From assembly GCA_040767965.1 (NCBI GenBank), contig JAXGNR010000004.1:320001-384000 (forward strand): a DNA stretch of 64,000 bases. Reading direction: 5' to 3'. Shown in pieces: positions 1-9,026 of this stretch; within the stretch, counting starts at the first letter, position 1, and each line of letters starts with the position of its first letter. The translations under genes and the position numbers were made by a program. The stretch is from Atribacterota bacterium (GTDB lineage: Bacteria; Atribacterota; Phoenicimicrobiia; Phoenicimicrobiales; Stramentimicrobiaceae). The notes under the pieces were generated by a model. It had not been told where the DNA came from. It searched no databases and saw only the letters and a list, made by a program, of their open reading frames with translations.

Positions 1-1
1 G

Positions 2-607
2 GCTTTATTTTATAATAGGAATATTGGAGCTGACTTGGTTGTAATAACCATGGAAGGATATCATAGAGGAATGTCTTATTTGGATACGGGACTTCCTTTT
101 GTCCAAACCTCTCCTAATATTCCTGATTTAACTTCTTTATATGGATATATGGCAACAGGATTAGGAGAAGGAACTGGTGTTTTCCAAAGAGATAAATTTC
201 AATGGATTGGCGGGAAAGGCCTTGATTCAATTCAATTTGCCTCACTGCTTAATAATGCCGGGTTAAAAGGAGTATCTTATATTCCTGAAGATAAAGATAC
301 AGCAGGCGGAGTGCGCTTAGAAATATATGATCCAACATCTTTTAATCCAGCCAGAAGCGGGATTTATGCTTTATCATACGCTTTTATGCTGGGAGATTTT
401 AATGTACCCAAAAGTACTGCTGATAATATTGTTATGTTCGATAAAATAATGGGCAATTCCAAAATAGGCCGTTATCTCGAAAAAAAAGCCAGCCCACTGG
501 AAATTGAATCTTCCTATTATGATGAATTACAAGAGTTTAAAGAAAAGCGCAAGGAATATCTTATTTCTCTTTATGATCCTCCTATTCATCCTATTCATAC
601 TGATTAG
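2..607 (+). CDS. Exo-beta-N-acetylmuramidase NamZ / DUF1343 family protein, C-terminal part (5' end outside window)
   Basis: Frame is open from the window start (ALFYNRNIGADLVVITMEGY...). Motifs M-x-Y-x-DTGLPFVQTSPNIP, EG..RG-like and FDKIMG are typical of DUF1343. Confidence 0.8.
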   Translation, partial: ALFYNRNIGADLVVITMEGYHRGMSYLDTGLPFVQTSPNIPDLTSLYGYMATGLGEGTGVFQRDKFQWIGGKGLDSIQFASLLNNAGLKGVSYIPEDKDTAGGVRLEIYDPTSFNPARSGIYALSYAFMLGDFNVPKSTADNIVMFDKIMGNSKIGRYLEKKASPLEIESSYYDELQEFKEKRKEYLISLYDPPIHPIHTD

Positions 608-628
608 CTAGATAAATTATTATTAACC

Positions 629-1474
629 TTATCTTTTATCAATATGTATTTTTGTTAATTCGGAAGAGAGGTAATTAAACGCATCGTCAACACTGTCACA
701 AAATTTTAACAGATTCAAGTCAGCAGGGCTGATGGTTCCATAATCAATCATTGCCTGCAGATTAATTACCTTTTTCCAGTACTCAGACCCATAAATCACA
801 ATGGGCAAGGGTTTTGTCAGTTTTCTTGTCTGTAACAAAGTTAAAACTTCAAAAAGTTCATCAAGAGTACCAAAGCCACCTGGGAAAATAACCAGTGCTT
901 TTGCTAAAAAAACAAACCAGAATTTACGCATGAAAAAATAATGAAATTCAAAATTCAATTCAGGAGAGATATATTGATTAGGGCATTGCTCCATGGGAAT
1001 GCTTATATTTAAACCAATTGATTTACCATCAGCTTCTTTAGCGCCTTTATTGGCTGCTTCCATCATACCAAAACCACCACCAGAACAAATTATGAAACGA
1101 GAATTATCATTTAATGATTTTGACCAGGTAGTTAATTTTTTCGATAATTCCACCGCATCATTATAATAGTTAGAAAGAAATAGTTGATTCTTTGCATATT
1201 TTAGTTCTCTCTGCAGTTCTTCATTTTTTTTGTTTTCAGACAATCTAATTCTATTTTCAATTTTTTCAAGATATTCCCGAGCATCTGATGGAGATTTAGT
1301 ACGTGCAGAACCAAAAAATACAATTGTGTCGTTTATTTTTTGATTACGAAAACGTTGCATAGGCTCCAATAATTCTGCCAAAATACGAATAATTCTGGCA
1401 TCACCGCTGTTAATAAAACCCAGGTTCTTATATGCTTTTTCAGCTTTAGTTAATTTTTTTTCCATTTTTACCAC
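629..1474 (-). CDS. LOG family nucleotide 5'-monophosphate nucleosidase (TIGR00730-like)
   Basis: FFGSAR, SGGGFGMMEAANKGA, FHYFFMRK and PGGFGTLDE motifs. Confidence 0.9.
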   Translation of the reverse strand: MVKMEKKLTKAEKAYKNLGFINSGDARIIRILAELLEPMQRFRNQKINDTIVFFGSARTKSPSDAREYLEKIENRIRLSENKKNEELQRELKYAKNQLFLSNYYNDAVELSKKLTTWSKSLNDNSRFIICSGGGFGMMEAANKGAKEADGKSIGLNISIPMEQCPNQYISPELNFEFHYFFMRKFWFVFLAKALVIFPGGFGTLDELFEVLTLLQTRKLTKPLPIVIYGSEYWKKVINLQAMIDYGTISPADLNLLKFCDSVDDAFNYLSSELTKIHIDKR

Positions 1475-1637
1475 TTCACTTCCTTTAAGTTTGTATTTAT
1501 TATAACTTAAAAATATTGTCTAACAAAATTATTAATCTTTTTATTATAACTTATTTATTAAAATATTTATTTACATATTTACATACATATTCATATTAAA
1601 TACAAAAAATATTTAAATAAAATTTCTAAGATTAAAC

Positions 1638-1666
1638 TTGCATAATTAAGGTTAACATATTATAAT
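1638..1666 (+). promoter_or_regulatory. sigma70-type promoter for the riboswitch-tupABC transcript
   Basis: TTGCAT-17bp-TATAAT directly upstream of the riboswitch. Confidence 0.65.
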
Positions 1667-1690
1667 CAATACCAAACTAAATTATTTTTG

Positions 1691-1810
1691 TAATTATAAC
1701 TCCGAGCTATGTTACCTAAAAAATAATTTTTCATGGTGCATAGACGAAAGGGAATAAAAGGAAACTTTTATTCCTCCCGTGTTTGGAAAGGAGGCATGAT
1801 AATATAATTA
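1691..1810 (+). ncRNA. Moco RNA motif riboswitch, apparently the P3-less (tungsten cofactor, Tuco) variant
   Basis: CTCCGAGC...CCTAA...ATGG...GAAA-loop hairpin...CTCCCGT..TGGAAAGGAG. Closing stem TAATTATA/TATAATTA. Lies upstream of a tungstate transporter. Confidence 0.85.
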
Positions 1811-1816
1811 TATTTG

Positions 1817-1850
1817 CCAACACCAAACATAGTGTTGGTTTTTTTATTTT
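1817..1850 (+). terminator. Intrinsic terminator (expression platform of the Moco/Tuco riboswitch)
   Basis: CCAACAC-loop-GTGTTGG followed by a T-run, before tupA. Confidence 0.75.
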
Positions 1851-1915
1851 CTGATCTTTTCATAACAAATGTGTTTTTATATTAAACAAAAAAAGAAAGG
1901 GAAAAAGTTATACAT

Positions 1916-2737
1916 ATGAAAAATAATATAATTATAAGATCAATTCTGATAATATTAGCATTAATTACATGTGTTACTCCTATTTATGCAGAGGATGTTA
2001 CTATAAAATTAGCAACAACAACCAGTACTGAAAATTCCGGATTACTAGATATTTTACTACCACCTTTTCAAGAAAAATATAATATTAAAGTTGACGTTGT
2101 TTCAGTGGGGACTGGAGCTGCTATACAATTAGGCGAAAATGGGGATGTTGATGTAGTTCTGGTTCATGCTAGAGAAGCTGAAGATAAAATGGTAGCTGAC
2201 GGATATGGAATAAATAGAAGAGATGTTATGTATAATGATTTTATAATAGTTGGACCTGCAGATGATCCAGCAGGCATTGGCATTGAAATTGATGCAGCTT
2301 CAGCTTTATCCAAGATTGCCTCTTCTGAAAAGTTAGTTCATTTTGTATCTCGTGGTGATAATTCTGGAACCCATATGAAAGAATTAGAATTATGGAAAAG
2401 TGCCGGTATCGAACCTCAGGGAAACTGGTATCTGGAAATCGGACAGGGAATGGAAGCAGCCTTACTGGTAGCTAATGAAAATATGGGATATGTACTGGCT
2501 GATAGAGGAACTTATCTGGCAACTAAAGATAAACTGGATTTGGTAATACTATCAGAAGGTGATGCACGACTCTTCAATCCGTATGGTATTATTGCAGTTA
2601 ATCCTGCAGTACACCCTCATGTTAAGTATATGGAAGCTATGCAATTGATTGCCTGGATTACTTCAATAGAGGGTCAAAAAATTATTGGTGAATTCAAGGT
2701 TCAAGGCGAGGTTTTGTTTTTTCCAAATGCTATCTAA
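1916..2737 (+). CDS. tupA: Tungstate ABC transporter substrate-binding protein
   Basis: Signal peptide; LATTTSTENSGLL, GTGAA, SRGDNSGTH and DRGTY motifs. Confidence 0.93.
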   Translation: MKNNIIIRSILIILALITCVTPIYAEDVTIKLATTTSTENSGLLDILLPPFQEKYNIKVDVVSVGTGAAIQLGENGDVDVVLVHAREAEDKMVADGYGINRRDVMYNDFIIVGPADDPAGIGIEIDAASALSKIASSEKLVHFVSRGDNSGTHMKELELWKSAGIEPQGNWYLEIGQGMEAALLVANENMGYVLADRGTYLATKDKLDLVILSEGDARLFNPYGIIAVNPAVHPHVKYMEAMQLIAWITSIEGQKIIGEFKVQGEVLFFPNAI

Positions 2738-2779
2738 CAAATGATATGCTCTCACTGTTATTTAAATTAAAACTAGGGT

Positions 2780-2823
2780 AAAATGTTTTAGGGCGAGTAG
2801 AAATACTTGCCCTAAAACATTTT
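2780..2823 (+). terminator. Long stem-loop between tupA and tupB (partial terminator or mRNA stabiliser)
   Basis: 20-bp arms AAAATGTTTTAGGGCGAGTA / TACTTGCCCTAAAACATTTT with a GAAA loop. Confidence 0.7.
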
Positions 2824-2857
2824 AATTAAAGATAAATATTCTGGTTGAGGTGTTAAG

Positions 2858-3550
2858 TTGAGATTTATATTAGATGGCCTGCAGAAAGCTGTTATCTTAA
2901 TTTTTTCATTCGATAAAGAAATATATCAAATTGTTTTATTCTCTTTAAGAGTATCTTCATTTGCAATTGTCTTAGCTTCATTTTTTGGAGTTCCTATAGG
3001 TTTTTTAATGGCAATAAAAGATTTTAAGGGTAAAAATATTAGTTTAATATTATTAAACAATGCTCTGGCGATTCCTACCGTGGTGATTGGCTTGCTTATT
3101 TATTCTTTTATTTCTAGAGTAGGCCCATTAGGCTACTTTGGTTTAATATACACTCCTACTGCTGTGATAATCGGACAATTTGTTCTTTCTTTGCCCATTG
3201 TTATTGCCCTTACCAATTCAGCAATACAGGGAATAGATATCAAGGTCCGTAATACTGCTTTAACTCTGGGTGCTACAGAATTGCAGGCTGCCTGGACAGT
3301 TATCAAAGAGGCTCGATATGCAGTTATGTCAGCAGTAATTGTAGGGTTTGGTCGAAATATTGCAGAAGTTGGTGCTGCAATGATGTTAGGAGGAAATATA
3401 AAAGGTTCTACTCGAACAATGACCACTGCAATCTCATTAGAAACCTCTAAAGGAGAATTTGGTTTCGGTATCGCACTGGGAATCATTTTATTATTTATTT
3501 CTCTAAGTATAAATATATTTTTAAGTTATTTACAAAATAAAAAACTATAG
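2858..3550 (+). CDS. tupB: Tungstate ABC transporter permease
   Basis: Hydrophobic; GFGRNIAEVGAAMMLGGNIKGSTRTMTTAI signature. Confidence 0.92.
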   Translation: MRFILDGLQKAVILIFSFDKEIYQIVLFSLRVSSFAIVLASFFGVPIGFLMAIKDFKGKNISLILLNNALAIPTVVIGLLIYSFISRVGPLGYFGLIYTPTAVIIGQFVLSLPIVIALTNSAIQGIDIKVRNTALTLGATELQAAWTVIKEARYAVMSAVIVGFGRNIAEVGAAMMLGGNIKGSTRTMTTAISLETSKGEFGFGIALGIILLFISLSINIFLSYLQNKKL

Positions 3551-3565
3551 TAAAAGGTAACAGAA

Positions 3566-4585
3566 ATGCCTGCAGAAAAATTATTAAAAGTAAAAAATTT
3601 ACAAAAAATATATCAAGAAAGAATTGTATTGGATATTGATGATCTTTATTTTGAAAAAAGCAAAATATATGCAATAGTTGGCCCTAATGGCTCAGGCAAA
3701 ACTACCTTGATTAATATTTTAAATCTTTTAGATAAGCCCACATCGGCTCAACTATTTTTTAAAGGAAAAGATGTTTTTAAATCTTCCTCTTCTGAGATTC
3801 TTAAAATTAGAAGGCAAATGACTCTAGTGCATCAAAGACCTTTTTTGTTTCAGACTACTGTCTTTAATAATGTTGCTTATGGTTTGAAAATTCGCGGTTA
3901 TTCTGTTGAAGAACAACAAAGAAAGGTCAGGGAAGCTTTAAAGATAGTCGGATTGCTTGAATTTGAAAACAGAGATGCCCAAAAACTTTCTGGAGGAGAA
4001 GCTCAAAGAATAGTAATTGCCAGATCTCTGGCCGTAAACCCGGATATTCTTTTTATGGATGAGCCTACTTCTAATATTGATCAGCGTTATATAGATGTAA
4101 TTGAAAGGATAATAAGGAAGATAAACCAAGAAATAAAAACAACAGTTATTTTTACTACTCATGATCTTTCTCAGGCTTATCGTTTGGCCGATAAAATAAT
4201 ATCTTTACTAGATGGAAAAATTGTAAGCCATGTTCCTGAAAATATTTTTAAAGGGACCATTATCCATGAGAATAACCAGCAATGGTTGAGTGTACATGAA
4301 AAAATAAAATTTTCAATAGTTACCCATAAGTATGGTACTGCATACATTTATATTGATCCCAGCGATATAATCTTATCATGTGAACAATTTTCTTCCAGTG
4401 CCAGAAATTCCTTTCAAGGGAAAATTGTCTCTATCTCTGAACAAAATAATTTAATAAGACTAGCAGTTGATATTGGGGTACACTTGGTAAGTGTTATTAC
4501 AAAAGAATCATTTAAAGAAATGAATTTGAATATCGGTAGAAAAGTTTGTTTGACTTTTAAAGCCTCTGCGGTAAAATGCTATTAA
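3566..4585 (+). CDS. tupC: Tungstate ABC transporter ATP-binding protein with C-terminal TOBE domain
   Basis: GPNGSGKT, LSGGEAQR and DEPTS; C-terminal SSARN...LTFKASAV TOBE motif. Confidence 0.88.
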   Translation: MPAEKLLKVKNLQKIYQERIVLDIDDLYFEKSKIYAIVGPNGSGKTTLINILNLLDKPTSAQLFFKGKDVFKSSSSEILKIRRQMTLVHQRPFLFQTTVFNNVAYGLKIRGYSVEEQQRKVREALKIVGLLEFENRDAQKLSGGEAQRIVIARSLAVNPDILFMDEPTSNIDQRYIDVIERIIRKINQEIKTTVIFTTHDLSQAYRLADKIISLLDGKIVSHVPENIFKGTIIHENNQQWLSVHEKIKFSIVTHKYGTAYIYIDPSDIILSCEQFSSSARNSFQGKIVSISEQNNLIRLAVDIGVHLVSVITKESFKEMNLNIGRKVCLTFKASAVKCY

Positions 4586-4645
4586 CTGGAAAAATATTTT
4601 TCCTGTAATATTATGGATAAAGATAAAAAATAAAAGGAGCAAGAA

Positions 4646-4933
4646 ATGATTAGAATTGTATCAAAATCCAACATTAAAGAAGGTAAAAAAGAAGAATTTA
4701 AAAATCTGGCTGCTGAGCTGATAAAAGGAAGCCAACAAGAACCAGGATGTGTATCTTATGATTTATATGAAGACATAAATAATGTCAACACAGTAGCATT
4801 TATTGAAGAATGGAAAGACTTGGCAGCAATCGAAGGCCACAGAAAATCTCCACATTTTACAAAAATAGTACCTCAATTAGCAGAACTTCGAGAAGGAAAA
4901 CCTGAATTAAATTTATATAAGCCAGTTTTTTAG
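4646..4933 (+). CDS. Putative quinol monooxygenase (ABM domain)
   Basis: EPGCVSYDL, EEW and H..SPHF pattern in a 95-aa protein. Confidence 0.85.
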   Translation: MIRIVSKSNIKEGKKEEFKNLAAELIKGSQQEPGCVSYDLYEDINNVNTVAFIEEWKDLAAIEGHRKSPHFTKIVPQLAELREGKPELNLYKPVF

Positions 4934-5079
4934 ATATTTATTTATATTTAAGCTAAATAATAAAATATAATTATCTTTGCATATTTCAAAGATATTATAA
5001 GACTTTTACTTGTTTTATTAAAATTAAAATATTTAGTAATTCCAGTATATTTTATATTTTCTCAAATACAGGGGGTTTC

Positions 5080-5847
5080 ATGTTATTTGATCTTTTTTCT
5101 TTAAAAGGGAAAAACGCTTTAATAACAGGCTCCAGTCGGGGTTTAGGTTTTAATATTGCCAGAGGATTGGCTATGGCTGGAGCTAAAATCATTCTTAATG
5201 GTAGAAACCAGGAAAACCTGGATAGAACAGTTAGTGAATTGAAAAATGAAGGTTTTGAAGTATTTGGTTCTGTTTTTGATGTTACCGAAAAGAAACAAAT
5301 CAATATACAAATAGCAAGCATTGAGCAAAAAATAGGACCCATTGATATTCTTTTTAACAATGCAGGTATACAAAGAAGAAAGTCCTTGCAGGAACTTGAC
5401 GAAAAAGACTGGCAGGCAGTAATAGATACTAATTTAACAGGTGCTTTTTTGACAAGTCAGCAAGTGGTTGCCAGTATGATCAGAAGAAAAAAAGGTAAAA
5501 TAATTAACACTTGTTCGCTTATGAGCGAACTGGGGAGAGAATCTGTAGGAGCTTATAGTGCTTCTAAAGGTGGTTTAAAAATGCTCACCAAAAATATGGC
5601 TACCGAATGGGCAAAATACAATATTCAAGTAAATGGTATTGGACCAGGATATTTTGCAACTGAGATGACCCGCCCATTAAGAGAAGATCAGGAATTTGAT
5701 CACTGGTTAAAGAAAAGGACTCCTGCAAACCGTTGGGGAAATCCTGAAGAATTAATCGGGACCGCTGTTTTTTTAGCCTCTTCAGCATCTGATTTTGTTA
5801 ATGGACAAATAATTTATGTGGATGGAGGTGTTTTGGCTGCGATATAA
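5080..5847 (+). CDS. idnO: Gluconate 5-dehydrogenase-like SDR
   Basis: TGSSRGLG, NNAGIQRR, YSASKGG, NGIGPGYFATEMT and RTPANRWG. Confidence 0.8.
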   Translation: MLFDLFSLKGKNALITGSSRGLGFNIARGLAMAGAKIILNGRNQENLDRTVSELKNEGFEVFGSVFDVTEKKQINIQIASIEQKIGPIDILFNNAGIQRRKSLQELDEKDWQAVIDTNLTGAFLTSQQVVASMIRRKKGKIINTCSLMSELGRESVGAYSASKGGLKMLTKNMATEWAKYNIQVNGIGPGYFATEMTRPLREDQEFDHWLKKRTPANRWGNPEELIGTAVFLASSASDFVNGQIIYVDGGVLAAI

Positions 5848-6748
5848 AAAACATATTGAATGGCTAATAATTAGCTTCCTTTTTTTAGGGATGAGTTACT
5901 TTTTTAATCCCTATATTATTTTTAATTCATGGTCAGATGGGTTATTTTTAAATGCTGAAATATTTCTGAAAATTATCCTCACGGGTTTAATTTGTGTTAT
6001 TTTCAGTAATTTTTTTCTATCGGCAATTGTCTTTCGAAGCGTGAAAAGTATAGCTGATGAAAAAATAGAAAAACTTCTTCATCAAACAGCAGAAAGATTA
6101 AATTATAATAAAAAGATACCTAAAGTATTAAAAATAAACACCAGTCAATTAAATGCCATATCATTTAATATAATTAATAATCACTGTCTTGGATTGACTA
6201 CCGGTCTTGTTGATGCATATCAAAATGAACAACTTGATGATAAGGATATGGAATATATATTACTATATCTATTATCATTTCATCTCTATAAAAATACTTA
6301 TAAAAGGTATCTTCTCTCTGGTATTACAAATTTATACTCAGCTATTGGTTATATTTTTATTTATTTTGGTCGTGGATTTATGCGGTTAGCAGATTTTACA
6401 AAACAGATAATTTCTAAATGCGTTGCCTGTGTATTGGGCAGTATTTTCTTATTGATTGGCAATATATTAAAAATACCAGAAAAGATTGGTTTTTTATTTG
6501 CCAGGCAGCTAATTAAAAAATTTCAAAAAAATGCAGATCATCTTGCTATGAAATATATTGACCAGGATTTCATGCAAGAGACATTACAAAAAATAGATGA
6601 GAAAAATAAATATATTGCCCAAGATAAAAAAGTAGCTATTTTACCTTATCCGGAATATTGGTTTGTCCAACCACTCCAATTGGCAACTGTAGACAAATTG
6701 TTTCTTTTTCCCAATAATCATACGAAAAAAAATCAGGAAAAAAACTAA
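5816..6748 (+). CDS. Membrane protein with degenerate HtpX/M48 peptidase-like fold (no HExxH)
   Basis: N-terminal TM helices; LNAISF...LTTGLV...LDDKDMEYILLYLLSFH and KNADHLA align with M48 motifs. True start is uncertain. Confidence 0.55.
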   Translation: MWMEVFWLRYKKHIEWLIISFLFLGMSYFFNPYIIFNSWSDGLFLNAEIFLKIILTGLICVIFSNFFLSAIVFRSVKSIADEKIEKLLHQTAERLNYNKKIPKVLKINTSQLNAISFNIINNHCLGLTTGLVDAYQNEQLDDKDMEYILLYLLSFHLYKNTYKRYLLSGITNLYSAIGYIFIYFGRGFMRLADFTKQIISKCVACVLGSIFLLIGNILKIPEKIGFLFARQLIKKFQKNADHLAMKYIDQDFMQETLQKIDEKNKYIAQDKKVAILPYPEYWFVQPLQLATVDKLFLFPNNHTKKNQEKN

Positions 6749-6765
6749 TATCTAAGGAAATATTT

Positions 6766-7023
6766 ATGACAGAAAAAAAACAGGAAAATAATCAACTAAA
6801 AAAGAAAACGCCTCTATGGTGGCATGGATTTATAGGCTTTATCGGCTTAATGGGAATACAGGGTTTTGTTCATAAAAATCCGTATGAACTATTGTTTTTT
6901 TCTTTTTTTACATTTTTTGCCTATTTTAAATATTTAAAAAAGGAATTGGAATATTTAGGACTTTTGGGTGTTATTGGAACAGGAATAGCAATATTAGGAA
7001 TATTTGGAATACTTCCTCTTTAA
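6766..7023 (+). CDS. Small membrane protein (GFIGFIG motif, possibly DUF3796-like)
   Basis: RBS; three short hydrophobic segments. Confidence 0.6.
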   Translation: MTEKKQENNQLKKKTPLWWHGFIGFIGLMGIQGFVHKNPYELLFFSFFTFFAYFKYLKKELEYLGLLGVIGTGIAILGIFGILPL

Positions 7024-7073
7024 CTGGGGAAAATTATTAGAGTAAAATTATTTTAAATTTATGAGGAAATTAT

Positions 7074-7763
7074 TTGTATTATAAGAATGTTGTTTCTGGA
7101 ATATTTATTGATAGACCAAATCGTTTTTTGGCACATGTAAAAATAAACAAAAAAATAGAAATTGTGCATGTTAGGAATTCAGGCCGCTGCAAAGAAATAT
7201 TAATACCCGGCACAAAAGTGTATCTTGAAAAAGTTGCCAAAAGCAAGAAAAGAAAAACTCAATATTCTCTAATAAGTGCGTATAAAAATTCCTGTTTAAT
7301 AAATATTGATTCGCAAATACCCAACCTGCTGGTGACTAATGCTATCCAAAATAAAGATATTTTACAGATAAATCCATTATTAAAACTCAAAAGAGAAGTC
7401 AGTTATTGCAGTTCACGCTTCGATATAATGTATGAAAATATATCCCAAAAGGGATTTATTGAAGTAAAAGGAGTTACTCTTGAGAAAGACTGTATAGCTC
7501 AATTTCCGGATGCTCCTACTATTAGAGGAACAAGACATATTCAGGAACTTATCAAGTCTTCCCAGGAAGGTTATAATAGTTATATAGTTTTTGTAATCCA
7601 AATGAAGGGTGTTAAATATTTTTGCCCTAATGATAAAATGGACCCTGAATTTGGAACAGCATTAAGAAGGGCTCATTCTCTTAACGTAAAAATAATGGCT
7701 TTTGATTGTACGGTTGAAAAGGATTCCATAGCGATAGACCAACCAGTTGAAACAATTTTGTAA
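7074..7763 (+). CDS. sfsA: DNA/RNA nuclease SfsA
   Basis: RPNRF, HVRNSGR, SRFD, IEVKGVTL and FPDAPTIRG.RH motifs. Confidence 0.93.
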   Translation: MYYKNVVSGIFIDRPNRFLAHVKINKKIEIVHVRNSGRCKEILIPGTKVYLEKVAKSKKRKTQYSLISAYKNSCLINIDSQIPNLLVTNAIQNKDILQINPLLKLKREVSYCSSRFDIMYENISQKGFIEVKGVTLEKDCIAQFPDAPTIRGTRHIQELIKSSQEGYNSYIVFVIQMKGVKYFCPNDKMDPEFGTALRRAHSLNVKIMAFDCTVEKDSIAIDQPVETIL

Positions 7764-7832
7764 TAATATATTATTATTACTATAATGGGAGATGATCAAG
7801 ATTTTAAAAAAAATGTAGAAAAATAACTAACA

Positions 7833-7861
7833 TTGACAGAACATTTATTTATTTGTATTAT
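7833..7861 (+). promoter_or_regulatory. sigma70-type promoter of the T-box-proBA transcript
   Basis: TTGACA-17bp-TATTAT. Confidence 0.75.
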
Positions 7862-7884
7862 GCTTTATAATAATTTTAAAAATA

Positions 7885-8142
7885 GAGACTTAGAAAGAGA
7901 ATAGTAGAAATATTAAAAAGGATCAGAGAGTATAGCCTATAAGCTGAAAGGCTACACACTTATATGAATATTTCAAAACCCACTCTTTTGATTTATTTTT
8001 AACATTTACGGTCTTCTTCCTTTATCAGGGAAGTAGCATGTTAATACTTCAATACAAACTTATTTCATATAAAAATAATAGGGTGGTATAGCGAACAATC
8101 TTTTCGCCTCTATTAAAAGAGGTCGGGGAGATTGTTTTTTTT
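7885..8142 (+). ncRNA. T-box riboswitch, proline specifier (CCC)
   Basis: Stem I with AGTAG, AGAGAG and GCTGAAAG. Specifier AAAA-CCC-ACTC at 7979-7981. T-box AGGGTGGTATAGCG at 8080-8093. Antiterminator and terminator with T-run to 8142. Confidence 0.9.
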
Positions 8143-8210
8143 GAATTGATGAAAAAGTTTATAAAATTCGACTTTGAAAACAATTAGAGAAAAAAAGAAA
8201 GGTAATTCAA

Positions 8211-9026
8211 ATGATTGATTTTAAAGATTGCAAACGGCTCGTATTAAAGATTGGAACCTCAACTATTATGAAAAGTAATAAAAAAATTAATATATCAATT
8301 TTGGAAAAAATTTCTGAAGTAATAGCTGCTTTACATAAAGATGGCAAAGAAATAGTTGTTGTATCTTCCGGGGCTATTGGAGTTGGTTCCAGCCGTATGT
8401 CTTTTACCGAAAAACCTAAAAAATTAGAAGAGAAACAGGCAACCGCTGCAATTGGACAAGGAGTTTTGATGAATATTTATGAGAATCTTTTTGGTAAACA
8501 CAATATTACTGTTGCTCAAATATTGTTAACCAGACAAGCTTGTGAAGATAGTATTCAAAGACTAAATACTACCAATACCTTCAATGCTCTTTTTAGATTT
8601 AAAGCAGTTCCGATTGTTAATGAAAATGATACTATTGCCGTGGAAGAAATTGTTTATGGGGACAATGATACTCTATCTGCAGTAGTAGCAGTATTGATTA
8701 AGGCAGATTTATTGATAATGTTGTCAGATACAGATGGACTTTATTCCGGAGATCCTCGGCAGGATAAAGATGCCCAGAAAATACCTCTTATAGAATGTGT
8801 TGATGAAAGAATTAGTTCTTTTGCTTATGGGACTGGATCTGCTTTTGGGACCGGGGGCATGAAAACAAAAATATCTGCTGCCAAATTAGCAACTAATAAT
8901 GGGATACATGCAGCTATTATTCATGGAGAAAAACCCCATCATATAATAGAGCTCATTCATGGACAAAATAATGGCACAGTATTTTTAAAAGGCAACAATG
9001 AAAAGGAGAATTGTAAAAATGACTGA
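8211..9026 (+). CDS. proB: Glutamate 5-kinase (no PUA domain)
   Basis: KIGTS, VSSGAI, NENDT, GDNDTLSA and GTGGMKTK. Confidence 0.95.
   Translation: MIDFKDCKRLVLKIGTSTIMKSNKKINISILEKISEVIAALHKDGKEIVVVSSGAIGVGSSRMSFTEKPKKLEEKQATAAIGQGVLMNIYENLFGKHNITVAQILLTRQACEDSIQRLNTTNTFNALFRFKAVPIVNENDTIAVEEIVYGDNDTLSAVVAVLIKADLLIMLSDTDGLYSGDPRQDKDAQKIPLIECVDERISSFAYGTGSAFGTGGMKTKISAAKLATNNGIHAAIIHGEKPHHIIELIHGQNNGTVFLKGNNEKENCKND

Noticed and set aside
3133-3486. Short ORFs antisense to or nested in real genes (also e.g. 3938-4162, 5052-5360, 9378-9818, 21332-21721, 41020-41523, 49498-49941, 58245-58562)
   Set aside because: They are shadows of well-supported genes, with no recognisable motifs.
7074-7763. 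SfsA (and TatD, beta-CASP) as parts of a defence island
   Set aside because: Scattered, ordinary housekeeping nucleases with no defence or mobility context.
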